Shown here piece after piece: positions 1-13,093 of a stretch of 64,000 nt of DNA. Under the pieces are notes generated by a model, which ran no database searches, was not told the origin of the DNA, and saw only the letters and a program-made list of their open reading frames with translations. Numbering within the stretch: position 1 is the first letter of the stretch; every line of letters starts with the position of its first letter. The position numbers and the translations under genes were made by a program. Origin of the DNA: Lepidodermella squamata (taxonomy: Eukaryota > Animalia > Gastrotricha); the NCBI GenBank assembly GCA_047495785.1, contig JBLDXI010000001.1:2604001-2668000 (forward strand), written 5' to 3'.

Positions 1-116
1 CAATACTAGTGAAACGACTAGAACATATTTTCTTATGATAGAGAGACGCCTTGACCGTCTATCCGTTGACAAATGCTTAGACTACGAGGTGTGAAATCAA
101 AGTCATAGCTGCTGTT

Positions 117-3100
117 ATGTCTTTTTCAGCTCAATGTTTGCAGGTTACTACTGATCTTTCATCAAAATCGAATAATTCAAGCTGTATTTTCTCCCAGATC
201 CTATTCAGAGTCGCAATTGTGAGTCTCGTTTCGGCTAATCTTACCTCTGGTCAAACCACCCAGACCAATGCAGTAAATTCCGTCGGGAAAGGTAAGCAAA
301 TTTAATCGAATCTGTCAAATTCTTTCGTATATCATAGTCAATAAGAGGAAGCTTTGAAATTTGAAATTATTGAGGAATTATTGCGCAATTGGGATAGATT
401 ATGCCCGAATATCCATATCTATGTTGACTTCTACAGGGGGAAATAAAGCATATCCGGGGAATATCAAAAATCATCCGCTCTAATAGTATAGCACAGTTGT
501 TTAATTTCAGCTGTATGATAAAATTCACATTTACATATAGTCATATTGGATATCGTTGATGTTCTAAATTTTGCGTATGACCATAAATTCAGAATCGAAA
601 TTTCCTTTCGGTCGGGCGAGTCTTGAAAATTTCAATGGAGTAATTTCCATCAGATACCATTAAACTTCAAAACACGAATGAAATGGAGCATGTTGAGAAT
701 CTCGGGAAATTTAGGATAAATCTAAATTTATATAATAGCAATATATGGCTTGAATTTCTAGAGGTTTTGTACAGCTAACATCTAGCTGATTTTCAAAGTA
801 GGCACGCGTGCCATTTTTCGAATGAGTCCTTGTTAGTCCGTTCACAGCACTAATATCTTAAAATCATTCGTTTTCCATTCTGTGATAGCGTGTACGTACA
901 ACAGCGATTGCTCTGGCCCAAATGAGTACTGCAAAATTACGAAAAACATAAACCCACCATGCACAACTGGCTACTGTGATTGCCTCTCTTGTTATGGAGT
1001 CGATCAGTACAACATTTGCACACCATGTAAGTCTCTAGCTCTGTTACAAACAATACCCAAATTAAATCTCGGATATTTTCAAGTTGTAACAAAGAAAATC
1101 GGAGACTATTGCACCGGCGCTGCGAATGAAATTATCCTACCAGTTTACGGTGAATGTGTCAATAAGAAAGTACAATGCAAGCTTGGCTACATTGCAAATG
1201 GGACACTATACTGCGTTAATGACCCGGATAACACGAGATTACCTGAAGGAGCGCCTTGCACTTACACTTCTGACTGCCAGGGCGATATGTGGTGCAGCCC
1301 ATGGTACGGGGTTTGTGAGTGTAAGGATGAGCAGTTTCGTTTCGACACCACAGCTCGACTGTGTGTTCGCCGTGAATTCAATGACACATGTAGTTACAAC
1401 TCGCAGTGTAAAGTACGAGGACTCAAATGGTCTGGGTACACTTACAACGCCGGCGTTTGCTCCGACGGTCTGTGTAACTGTGGCAGCAACACGGAAACTG
1501 TTGTTGCCTACACTAATCCAACAACTGGCGCTTTGCTGACTAAAACGATTTGCGTCAATAATAATGCGAAAACTGGGCTGATAAATGGGTCTGTTTGCTA
1601 CAACGATCCGGTTTATGATGGTGATGTCGATGACGTCGCTGTCTGCTCGAAAAATTTTGTATGCGCGAGATGCCCCGAAGATACTAATTTACCCACTTGG
1701 AAAGGAACGTGTCGTAAGTGTTTGGTTGTTAAAAGAACCTCTGAATAATGCTTCATTATTAATCAGGGTTTTATGCGGCTGTTCCTGCCCCGCCTGTTTG
1801 TTACATCAGCCCTGGAATCTATCCTGGAAATAACGCCGTCACCATTCCATCAACCAGGAGGCCGAAAACTACAACCACGACAAGTGTTTACGACACTTGG
1901 AGCTGGGCTGATCGGACAATGGCGATGGTTGCAAACGAAACTTGGACGCAATGGCTGCCATACTTGAGGCAGTGCTCTGAGCAGCTCGTTTGCTGGGTCA
2001 ACGAACTGTGCCTGATGCCTTATTTGTGCAAACGAGGCGTTTGCATGTGCATCCCTCCTAATTACTACGACGAGAATATGAACTGTCAAGTTGGCACGTG
2101 GCCAGTCACAACAACCACGACTTGGCCGACTTCTACCTCGTCCTCAACGACTACAACAAAGCGAACTTCCTGGGCCACCTCAACATCATCGTAAGATTTG
2201 CTCGTAATTTGCCTGTCAAGGTAAAGTACATTCCGAATTGAATACAGAATAACGTCCTCAACAACTACTTCCACGACTACGACAACCACAACCACAACGC
2301 GAACTTATACGGCCAAGTCCACTACTCCCGATCCCGGGCCAGCATTTTATGGCATGCGTTGTGACGTAAAACTTAACAACACTGATTGTTACCGGGTTGG
2401 AATTGAGATTCGTCCCACTTGGCTCATCAATGATGGCTACTATCCAAATGGTTTGGAATGCATGACTAATGGCAGCACTTCAACTTACTGCTTGTGCCCG
2501 AGTGAGCAATATTTATGGGAAACCAAGACAAAGACGTGTAGACTAAGTGCGTTTTTCATTTTATTTTTTCGTTCGAAATTTGACTTGTTGCATCTATTTC
2601 AATCAGAGGACTATGGAGATCCATGTTCCGCAGATTGGGAATGCAATAATGGCTTGTATACCAAACTCACATTGGGAGGCTATTTGTGCCTGCCAGATCG
2701 AAAATGCGGCTGCACATCGACATACAAAGCCGTAAATGCAGTGCACATCAAAGCTGTCTGGGGAGCGTCTAATGTACCATATGACATTCCTGTACCGGTG
2801 AATAAAACTTACTGTGTTCTGGCCAGTCGAAACACAGGGGATTTGCAGCCGGGGTACAATTGTACCTTGAACCTTATTGAACGTAGCACAGCAGACACCT
2901 ACACTTGTGCTACGGGACTGACTTGCCTCGCATGCCCTATGGATGCCTACAAGCTAACTATGGGCACCTGCTATCCATTCGGTAAGTTTTTTCCTTTAAT
3001 AACTCAACTGAAATGTTGGTGGATTCACATTTAATTTATTTTGTTTCTCACAGCCGCACCTTCTCAGATTCAAGCAACCACATGGATGACACAAACTTAC

Positions 3101-3208
3101 TATCGCAATTTCGAACCTAGCCGATATGCAAAAGCTAAACAAAACTTAGTTTTGCTGCTCTCGGTGACAACAGCAAGTCTTGTCAACTTTTTCCTCATGA
3201 ATTCTTGA
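117..3208 (+). CDS. Cysteine-rich (EB-module-like) surface protein A: signal peptide, Thr-rich stalk, probable GPI signal
   Basis: Hand-spliced in-frame GT-AG exons 117-143, 198-291, 889-1713, 1767-2190, 2248-2546, 2607-2981, 3054-3208. Hydrophobic N-terminus (ILFRVAIVSLVSA), repeated CxxxxDC and C-x-C modules, TTTT stalk, hydrophobic C-terminal tail (LVLLLSVTTASLVNFFLMNS*). Confidence 0.8.
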
Positions 3209-3802
3209 TGAAATCGCTCATCTCGATTGTTCAAATGTATTGTGTGCGTGTATTGCCTTTTGTATGCCGTCGGCTCGAAAAAAAATGCGAACATTGACGA
3301 AACATTCTTTATTTTTTGAACATGCGTCAAAGAAAGGCGTGGTGAGGTGAACGCCTCTCGCGTTTGCGCAGATCACACGCCTGGAATGAGTAATGAGAAG
3401 ATAACTGAATATTGACAATTGAAACAATAAAAAACAAGCGCCTCCAAGTGTGATCTTTTTCGATGAATGTGGTCGTGCGTGGCGGCAATAACAAAGCGGC
3501 GGTGCGCGCGTCGCCAAGCGATTATTAATTGCCGCTTGAGGATTCGTTAATTTTTAACCATCCGACTATGGCCAAAACCGAATGTGCCAAGCAACGTTTA
3601 CCGGTCGCCCATAGAGTCGCCATGTAAACATCGCGCCGTTGCCTGTTAGCGAACGCACCGGGCCGCTGTATTTTAGCGCACCGTGCACCGAAAATTGCCA
3701 CCACTTGAAAAATCGTCAATCGTAATTCGCGCATCGCGCAAACGAGAAAAAGCAACTTCTTATCTTAGTTCCTGTAGTTTCTTGAATAAATTCAAAATAA
3801 CC

Positions 3803-6028
3803 ATGTTCTCTTGGTACCACGTCTGCTTCGGGCTGTTGGTCATTGCAGCCGTTTTTGAAGCCACATCAGCTGGCACGAGCGAAACGCCTAGCGTCGGAAC
3901 AGTTTGCACCAACAACGATACTTGCACAGGTTAGCGGAACTCCTGCGGACCATGAAATATCATTAAGCGCATTATTTTTACAGGAAAAGATGAAATGTGC
4001 GTATGGGACACAAGCTCGAACTGCACGAAGGGGAAATGTGCTTGCATTGGTTGTAAAATATCTAGCATTGGCTCAAAGGATTACTGCCGTGACTACAGCC
4101 TATTGCAGCTCGGCGCATCGTGCTCTACTCCCACGGCTTACTACGAAGTCATTCTGCCGCTCAACGCTGAATGCAGTGGCGGAACCGTGAAGTGCTCTGC
4201 AGGCTACGTTCAGTCTGGCTACATCTGCACTGGAGCAACGGGTGGCTTTGGCGAGGGTGCAGTTTGCGACTCTCCTTCAGACTGCGCAGGCCAAATGACC
4301 TGCCAAAATAACGTCTGCGGATGCCTGTCTTCGACCACCAAATACAACTCGATCACTGGCAATTGCGTTACGAAAGAATACGGTGATGTCTGCACGGTCG
4401 ATGCTGATTGCCAAGTAAAGGGCGTAAGCTTTGCTGGCTTGACCAACTCGTCAGCATCATGCGTCAACAAGCAATGCGTATGTGGCTCATCGGCAAAACG
4501 AATTATTTTCTCCTACATGGATCCTACAAGTGGAGTCTTTTCACAACGATACGTTTGCGTCAACACCGGTGTAACAGTTACCAACTCGACTCAAACTGAT
4601 AATTCTTGCACTGCCGACCCTGTTTTCAGCAGCGATTCCTCATCTACCAGAATTTGCCAGGATGACCAAATCTGCAGCATGTGTCCAGAAGATTCTGGCT
4701 ACAAGTGCCGTAAGCCCTTTGGTAACAAAGCGACGCAAGTCTGCATCGTCCGCCCGACCATGCCTCGTCAGGTCTACCCCAACACTGGAGCATATCAAAC
4801 CGGCCGCGTCCGCGTCAACTGGTTTTCCACCTGGAGCGATCTCGACTTCTACATTGCAAATTTCACCAACCAAACCATCACGAACACTAACTTCCGACCA
4901 TGCAGTGCCAGCCTCTCTTGCAAGACCAACGAAGTTTGCCTGATGCCAACGCAATGTGGCCGAGGTTTCTGCGCTTGCCGGTTGCCAAACTACTGGACGA
5001 ACGGTAGCCCAAATAACGACTGTGTCACCCCGACCACCGTCAGTACCACCACCTCAACCAGCACCAGCACCACATCGACAACTTCTACTACGTCGACAAC
5101 TTCGACTACCACAACGTCTACGACGACCACGACGACCACGACTACCACCACTGCTCCGAAGACCATCACCTTCACGAATGCCCCAGGTACGACGACGCTG
5201 GCTCCGATGAACTACGCTGACCAGTGCACTCTGCAGAGTGACTGCGGCCGGGTTGGACTTGGTGCGTCAGGCGCTGTCATCAACAACAACCTGCTTTGCC
5301 GAACTAACGGAACAGGCTCAACCAAGTATTGCCTGTGCCCGACCGGCGGCGACAACGTCAACAAGTACATCTGGCGCAGCGATATCTACACATGCGTAAT
5401 GAAGACGTACGGTGACGCCTGCTCAGCAAATGACGATTGCGACAACGGCAACTACGTCCGCCTGAGCAGCAGCGGAAACACCGGCCACAAATGCTTGAGC
5501 GGAAACACCTGCGGTTGCAATACTGGCTACATCGCCGTACAGGCTGCGCATGTCACCGCCGCGTGGGGCACGGCCATCCCTGCCTACATCAACGGCCCGA
5601 CGTCGAACGCCACCTACTGCATTGCGAATCTGACTGATACAAAGACAGGGCTGTCGGCCGGCGGCAACTGCACCGTCAACATTCTGTCGCGAACTGAGAA
5701 GGCCAACTACATTTGCTCTCAGGGCTTGACTTGTGTCTCATGCCCGCTGGACAACTTCCCCTATGACAGCAGTAACAACGCCCGAGATCACCTCCTTGGC
5801 ACGTGCACTCAGATGAGTAAGTTCATTTAACGAATAATCAATTCCGTAGCTTCAACTTTTCATGTTCCTTTAGATTACCCCAAGCCTCCAGCAAATGGTG
5901 GATCGGGAGGATCAGGAGACAACTCTGCTAACTCGGGCAAGAGCGATGCCGCAACCATTTCGATGTCTCTGGTCAATCTTTCAGTAGTGGTGATGTTCGC
6001 TTCTCTGCTTTCGGCAATGCTACCGTAA
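3803..6028 (+). CDS. Cysteine-rich (EB-module-like) surface protein B, tandem paralog of A, probable GPI anchor
   Basis: Exons 3803-3929, 3984-5816, 5874-6028. Signal peptide MFSWYHVCFGLLVIAAVFEATSA; Cys pattern collinear with gene A; long poly-T/S stalk; Gly/Ser spacer then hydrophobic tail (LVNLSVVVMFASLLSAMLP*). Confidence 0.85.
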
Positions 6029-6773
6029 ACACTGACACTTAAAATCACGTAATCATAAATAATGCCATAAAACACTGTGTAAAACTCCCTCTCTTCCTCG
6101 ATCTTCTCTCTCTTTTACTATCTTGCTTCTTCACAACTTCTCTCATCTCTGTGTCATTGTATATTCGCGGAACTCTTCTTTTTCTTAACCTATTCTGATG
6201 GCCTGGGCTGACCGCTGATTGGACGATGCAATAAACTGGCGGCGAAAACACGCGGGAGGGAACTCTCGGAGCCGCCTAAATTTTGTATTGATGACGCTTT
6301 TCTATACTCAAAGAGGCAATGACGCCCATTCGGACATCTCAATAGCTCAACTCTTACTCGTATCTCTAACTGGAAAAAAAACTTTTTAATAAAAAAAAAC
6401 CAAATTTTCGACCTTCAGTCTTATTATTTTCTCAACTTGATAGAGCAGGATATCTGAGTGCCATATCGACATGAAATCAGATTTTTGGCTGTGTATAAGC
6501 GAAATTGAGTGAAATATAATTCATTTACTGATTTGTATTGAAGATTTGTACTGAAATAAAATATTCCCGGATTAGACGCGTGTTTTTTCAAGTTTGAAAA
6601 CTGCATTTTTATTCAAAAAAAACCATAATTTCTCAAATGATTTACACGGTATAATTTTATCATCACATTTTATCGTTGATCCATGCAATAAATTCTAAAA
6701 TCAATCACGGTTTTCTAATAATAGCGTTGTCAGTAAAACACAACCGTTTTAAAAGCTGGAGTAATATCGATGT

Positions 6774-9700
6774 TTACCAAACTTCGCACCGCTTCGTCGG
6801 GTCCGGGTTCATGTTCGACCCGGCCGGGCAGTTGTAGGCAGCCGTAAAGTCGGGCGAGTTTTGCAGCGGGCCGATAACGCGGAAGACACCCGGCGAGTGG
6901 GGGTTGCCCAAAATTTGCAGTTTCATCGCCTGGGGCGTGAAAATGCTGCACCACACCTGAGCGTAGCCGACGAAGAACAGTTGATCCGGGGACAAATTAT
7001 CGAGGCCAACAATGTGCGGGTAGTTGAGTTTGCCAGCGGACTGGGCGGCTTTGTAAGCCTGGAACGAGGTTCGGATACCACCGTTATCGGCAATATTTTC
7101 GCCCAAAGTCTGCTCGCCATTCAAGTTCAAGCCAACAGAATATTCTTGAAAAAAAATTGTTTATTAAAAATATTAATTGAAAATTTCAAACAAATTAGTT
7201 TGAATGTTTAAATTTTAAATTTAAATTTTAAATTTTAATTTTAAATTTTAATTTTGGATTTTTAAATTTTAAATTTTAAATTTTAATTTCGATAAAAATC
7301 GAAGTTAGAAATAATTTTTATAATTTTACTTTGGAACCGAGGTCCAGGGAAGGCGGAATATTGGTCGGCCAGGCATTGAGTTCGCTTGTTGAATTCTTGC
7401 AGGGTCTGGTTAGTCCACCAGTTGTTCAAATTGCCATACTTGTCATATTGAGCACCTTGGTCATCAAATCCATGGGTGATCTAAAGTTGAAAATTTGAAA
7501 ATTTGCTCGGAAATCTGAAAAATCTGGGCATACCTCATGACCAGTGACGGTTCCAATAGCGGCGAAATTGATCAAATCTGGCACGCCCATGGCCTTGAAG
7601 AAGAAAGTCGGGTTCAAAATACCGGCCGGGACGACGAATTTATTCTGAGTCGGTTCGTAGTAGGCGTTGACGGTCGGCGGGGTCATGGTCCAGACCAGAG
7701 GATCAACAGCTACCTTTTGCACCATCTAATTTACAAAAAAAAATTATTTTTCTCGAATTTTTTCCAGCAATTTCAGCCTATACTTGTGCGGTCTGAACAG
7801 TCTGGTAGGAGTAGCTGTTGAAGATGTTCGTGACGTAGTCGTCGGTGATGGTGAAGGCGGCGTACATGTTGCCCAGGTAAGTTTCGTTGTTGATCCAATC
7901 AGGGAAGCCGACTGAGAAATAAAATCCAAGTTAGAAAAATATCGAAATGTTATTCAATATCAGCGACTTACCATCGTGGCGAAGGAAATCAAACTTGCCC
8001 AAAGCCTGTTGCTTGGTAGCATCATCCATCCATGGGTTCTAGAGCAAAAAATATCGAATAAAAAGTGTTCACAACAAATTTCACTAAAATAGTTGTTTAA
8101 ATAAGAAAATTCAACTTTATATAGGCTATAACAAGATGCAAGAGGTAGAAAGATAAAATTTGGTTAAATAGTCCGAAAATGGAGTTGGAAAATTCAGTTT
8201 TCAAAATGGAAATTTTTCCAAGCCCGAATTAATTGTTAGGCGCCTACCGTATTTTCGATCCCGTTAATCGATAAAACTTAGGGTAAGAGAATAATTCATA
8301 AGACCGTAGCAAGAATGGAGGAGATCACACTCATACTCGAACACCTATCGATTCCCGATTCTATATGAATGTTATTCCCATTAGTCGACAGTTTGAACTT
8401 ATCTCAAGCAAAATATTCCAAAATTCGCAAATAAAATAAAATTTAACGATATTTTTCTCAAGCTTTTATCACGAATGGGCAAGAAAGCTGATGCAAGAAA
8501 TAACGGTTCTGTGCCAATTAAGCAAACGAAAATTGAGCAACGAAAATGGAGCAAGGGCTTTTGAGCAACGATATGAGAGCAAAACGACACACGAGAGCGA
8601 ATTCAATTTTCGTTGCTCAATTTTTGTTGCTCGATTTTCGTTTACTCAGTTGGCATAGAACTGAAATAACTCAACATGCAAAAATTGAATTTGTAAAATT
8701 ATAAATTAATTTTTTGATATTTCCAATTTTGGGAAAATGGGGCTGCCATTTCTATATTTTCGAGTAAATTCAAAGCTCAATTTGCTCAGTCAAATTTTCA
8801 ATTTTCTCCTAAACTTTAAGAAGTTTCCTCAACTCGCTAAAAATTGAAAACTTACAGATTGGACACGTTTGCGGAAGGTTGCAATAATGTTATCGATGAC
8901 AAAAGATGCCTTCTGTTTAGCGTCATCGCCGAAAAACTGGGCGACGTACATAGCGCCAAGCGGGTAGCCAATGGTCGCGTCCGTGTCCGTGACGCAGGTC
9001 TGCCACACATCAGGCGTGCCCTGCGTGCCGGCGTACACCGTCTGGAAGGCGTTGTAGGCGGCCTGGAAGTCGTCGCCCAACTTGGACGCGTAGTCGTTGA
9101 TCGCCATCAGAACAACGTAGTTCTGCACGGTGCGGCGGCCTTCGGGGGTCGAAATCGCCTGGGTGATCACGCTCAGCATACGGGTGATGTAGGGCATCGA
9201 GTACAACAGGACGGGCTGTTCGGCGGTGACTTGGTATTGGATTGGAGCGAACAGGTTGTTGACGAACGGCAGCCATTGGATGAAGCCGGCGTTGGCCTGC
9301 AGCCAGTTGATGTCGACCTTGTGGTAGATGGAGTTCGGGTCGCGCATGTCAGCCTGCGACTGCTGGATGAGGGCGAGCTGCTTCTCGAAACGAACGGCGT
9401 CGTAGATCAGCTTCATGTCAACATTGTCCTTGCCAACGATCAGCTGTGAATGAGATGAAAAACAGTCAACAATTTTATCAAAAAATTATGCACAATGATC
9501 ACAGTGAAAATCGATTGTCTGCAAATGAGTGTCTAAAGAGCGAGAAATTCTTAGGAAACTGAGGTTGGACGCTTTGGTCTCAAGTCTAACATATCGGATG
9601 AGGATAAGCCAAACAACTAAAAACATTAAGACTCCTCAAGGCCCCGCAATTGAGCGATCTAGGGCGTCTTGGTCCGCAACACATTACTGTTTTGGCCTTA

Positions 9701-11712
9701 ATAAAATTAAAAAAATTCATTTTCTCAATTTTACAACGGGGCCTCCTTTCACCGGAGCCAAATTTACGGTGAGTGGAACCTAATCTGCTGTAGTGGAACC
9801 AAATTGGGGAATTTCTAGTGGCCTGAAATAACTTTTCGGATATTTCTTGCGGATCAAGATTGACCACAATAATTTTATGAAAATCACCATTAAATTCAGC
9901 GTAACATTCTCTATAAGACATAGTGTTCAGTTCAGAACTCATTCTTCGCCTAAAATTCGTAAAATTATTGAAAAATTACGGTTGGCATATTTCGAGTTTG
10001 GTTCCGCTAAAAGATATTCTGCTTCAAACCCCAAATAATTCATCAAAATACTTCGCGTGCAAAATAATTCTTTGAATAGTCTCATTCCACGTCAATTCGG
10101 CCGATGACCCCCGGCTCGTTGCATCGCTAATCATTTTTTCGCGTTGAGCTCAAAAAATGTAGGGGGATTTTAGTTCTTACCTTTTCTTCATGATCATGGC
10201 CTAGATTATTATGAACTTATGTGCTGAGAGCAAATTATTATGCGTGACATTTTGAAGCTCTAAATTACAAAAATTGTAAAATCACGACTTTCGATTCATT
10301 TTTTCGACAATTTTCGATGAAATTTTTCGAGAAGACTTTCAACTGATTCGAGAAATAACTTTTTTATAAATCATGAATTATAAAAAAATTTGTTTCAATT
10401 TTTAAAATTATAAAAAAATTTGTTTCAATTTTTAAATTATAAAAAAAATTAGAATATTTTACTTTTAAGCGGATAAATAAACGAATCGCCCCAAAAGAGA
10501 GAATAACAAGCCAAGTTGTAAATTCAAAATTTCTTTGAGAACTAATTTATATTAACTTTAAAGGTCATTTTCAAAGACAATTTGGAGCAAAATACCTAAT
10601 TTTAAAGCTTTGAAGAACTCACCTGAGCGTAGGTAGTAAGCATGGTAGCGTAGGCAACCATAATCGGATCCTCATCGACAGTCGCGTTGATGTAGTAGTC
10701 GCGGGTCTGAGGGCCGAGGCCAAGACCGCCCTGGTTGATCTGAATGATATTCTGCGTCACATTCTTATCATCAGCGCCCGCTCCAAAGGAGAAAAACGAC
10801 GAAGTCGAGTAGGCATTTCGCTTAGCCAGCAGCGAGTCAATGTTCCAGTTGGAGGGAACAGCCGAGGATGAAGTCAGGTAAAGCCCGCCAATGGCATCGA
10901 CCATTTTCTGCATGGCGGCAACGCTGTTTTTGTTGATGGCATCGCGATTCAGGCACGACTGGTAGTACTGGCGCGATTTAGCGTGCGATGCCGGTTCGTT
11001 GGCTGGCGGCTTGCTCTCCAAAAGTTGGCGAAGTTCTTTCTGAATAAGATTCGACAACAGGTCGAAGACTTGCAGCTTATTCTGACCGGCCGGGATCGAA
11101 TTTTTCATAACAAAACCACCACAAGCTAGCCGAGAATTTCATTAATTCAGGTTAATACTTAAAATTCGATAAAATACCGTATTGATAGAAGTCGTCGCAA
11201 GGGTCAGTGGTCATGTCCATGGCGGCAATCATGTTACCAGCGGCTTGAACGCAATCGGCGCTTGTGCAAACCGATTGATCTAGGCGTCAAAAAAATCAAT
11301 ACTTTACTAAAATTTAAATTTAAAATCATACCTGATTGAAATTGCAAGGTGTACAGGGTGCTCATAACCACAGCGCCGGAGAAAAGGATGAACAGAGGGA
11401 TCATGATGATGGCAATTTGGGAACAAGCCGACTTGCGTTTCCAGCAACCGCAGTCATCATCTTAAATTGATTACAAATTTGATAAAAATTATGCATTGTA
11501 TCAAAACTATTTTTGTTCTATAATTTCTATAAATATATTGAATTTTCTCCCATCCCTTAATTCTGAATAGGATTCCATTTTTCCTGATTTTACATTGAAA
11601 TTGATTTTCTATTCAAAGTTCGAAACTTCATTTTCTCACCTTTTCCATCTTCGGTCTTGATGATATGCTCCCGATCTTCATCGTGATGATGGTGGTGGTG
11701 GTGAGTCGCCAT
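6774..11712 (-). CDS. M13 family metalloendopeptidase (neprilysin/ECE-like), copy 1
   Basis: Exons 11712-11640, 11460-11332, 11279-11178, 11125-10623, 9443-8856, 8038-7972, 7911-7784, 7725-7534, 7480-7330, 7144-6774. Type II TM segment, DPCDDFYQYACGG, VNAYY, HEITH (split by an intron), ENIADNGG, HSP and terminal CEVW. Confidence 0.95.
8504..8663. mobile_element. Short foldback MITE in a neprilysin intron
   Basis: Left arm cggttctgtgccaattaagcaaacgaaaattgagcaacgaaaa is an imperfect inverted repeat of the right arm ending ...tcagttggcatagaactg. Internal gagcaacgaaaa subrepeats. AAATAA direct repeat on both flanks (8498-8503, 8664-8669). Confidence 0.7.
9738..10025. mobile_element. MITE family copy 1 (GCGGAACCAA subrepeat termini)
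   Basis: Shares the core tttctagtggcctgaaat...ttctctataagac...ttcagaa...ggcatatttcg...ttggttccgct with the copies near 16.2 kb and 43.9 kb. Its left end is the reverse complement of copy 2's right end. Boundaries approximate. Confidence 0.85.
10377..10450. repeat. Short AT-rich tandem repeat (about 30-nt unit, about 2.5 copies)
   Basis: aattataaaaaaatttgtttcaatttttaa repeated directly inside an intron. Confidence 0.7.
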
Positions 11713-12057
11713 TTTAAAACCGCCTATAGGGAAATAATGAATGAAACGAGTTAGGCAAAAAATGACCTCCTGAACATTGGACTATACACAACTCATGCGA
11801 ATGCACTGAAACAAGAAAAAAATCCAAAAAAACAATGGTTTAATTTGTGCCACTAGAAATCTCTCTAACGTGACTAATAAATGTTGAAATTTACCCTAAA
11901 TAAAATCGTGGAAACTTAGCTCAGGGCTATTTTGTTGCCGAAGTAAGTTTTTAAGGCGTTCCGTGTGTCGTGATATTTCATAACCTAATCTGGACCAACA
12001 AATTGCTGTCGCAGCTGCCTTTGCGATAAGGAAAAGTTGAAACCAAGGGTTTCAGGC

Positions 12058-12291
12058 TGATAATTCATAAATTTTCGAAGCTTATCATATGTGGGTTAAA
12101 TCCTGCAATTGCAAACAACACAGGCAGAGCGCTCATCCTGATATGCTACTGCAAGAGATAGCATTATCTAACAGCATTCGCGTCGTTACCAAACCAGGAT
12201 ACAGCCAATTCTTCAGTGACCTTTGCTCGCGACGAGAATAATCGAGGAAAAGCGGCCGACCTTGTTACATTTTGTTATCAACGCTAGATAG
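12058..12291. promoter_or_regulatory. Cluster of six WGATAR sites upstream of neprilysin copy 1
   Basis: TGATAA 12058, TTATCA 12082, AGATAG 12156, TTATCT 12164, TTATCA 12275, AGATAG 12286. Confidence 0.35.
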
Positions 12292-13093
12292 AGACAGGGG
12301 AAAAAATAATACAAAACACTGTTATTTCTTACAAACAATGAGACATTTTATTTTTACTCGCAAATAATAAACTCTTGTCCAGATCCACTTACGACTAGCA
12401 AAATTTTTATATAATAATTATATAGTCAGATGATTGCCTTAAATTACACAAGGTAGTCTGTGAAAAATTTATTCGCGTGCTTCACAAGAGAGATTACATA
12501 GACAGCAGATTTTCATTCCGAAATAATAAATGGAAGATTGTTCATTACTTTCATGGATCGATGTGACTGAAAAATTATTACAGCAGTCGTAAAAGGCTAA
12601 AAATCACACGGAAAATGTTTAAGGTGGGTAATATGAGAAAAGGTATAGACTGCTCGTACATAACAGAATGGCGCCAGGGATAAAACAGTAATTCTGCAAA
12701 TTTAAACCTAAAACTTTTCTCGTTTTGAGTCGGAATCGACTGGAAACGGATAGGAAATTCAGCTCAGGTCGAAAATTAAAGGCACTTTCGTAGTATGTAC
12801 GAGCAGCAAGATTTAACAATGTATCTCCCAGTATTTTTACACCTTTGCTAGAGGATTGTTCAGTACGAATCACCAGAATTCGATTTTTTGGCAATTTTAA
12901 CTGGTAATCATGATTACACCAAAAAACGACAACACACAATAGTAAAAGGATTGTAGAACTCGATACAATATTTTTTATATAATAAACGATTAGAAATTAT
13001 TTCGTTTCGTCGGAAAAAAAATTAAATAGGTCGTAGTGTCGCACAACCACCTTAAAAATCGTCAGTTTTCGATATATTTTCGTATGTTTTTGT

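Noticed and set aside
8844-9449. 201-aa plus-strand ORF and similar antisense ORFs over neprilysin, GTPBP6 and BNC exons
   Set aside because: Shadow ORFs caused by GC-rich codon usage on the true coding strand; no motifs or splice support.
9586-10038. Mutually similar ORFs at 9586-9942, 16225-16413 and 43842-44231
   Set aside because: They are translations of the non-coding MITE copies, not a gene family.
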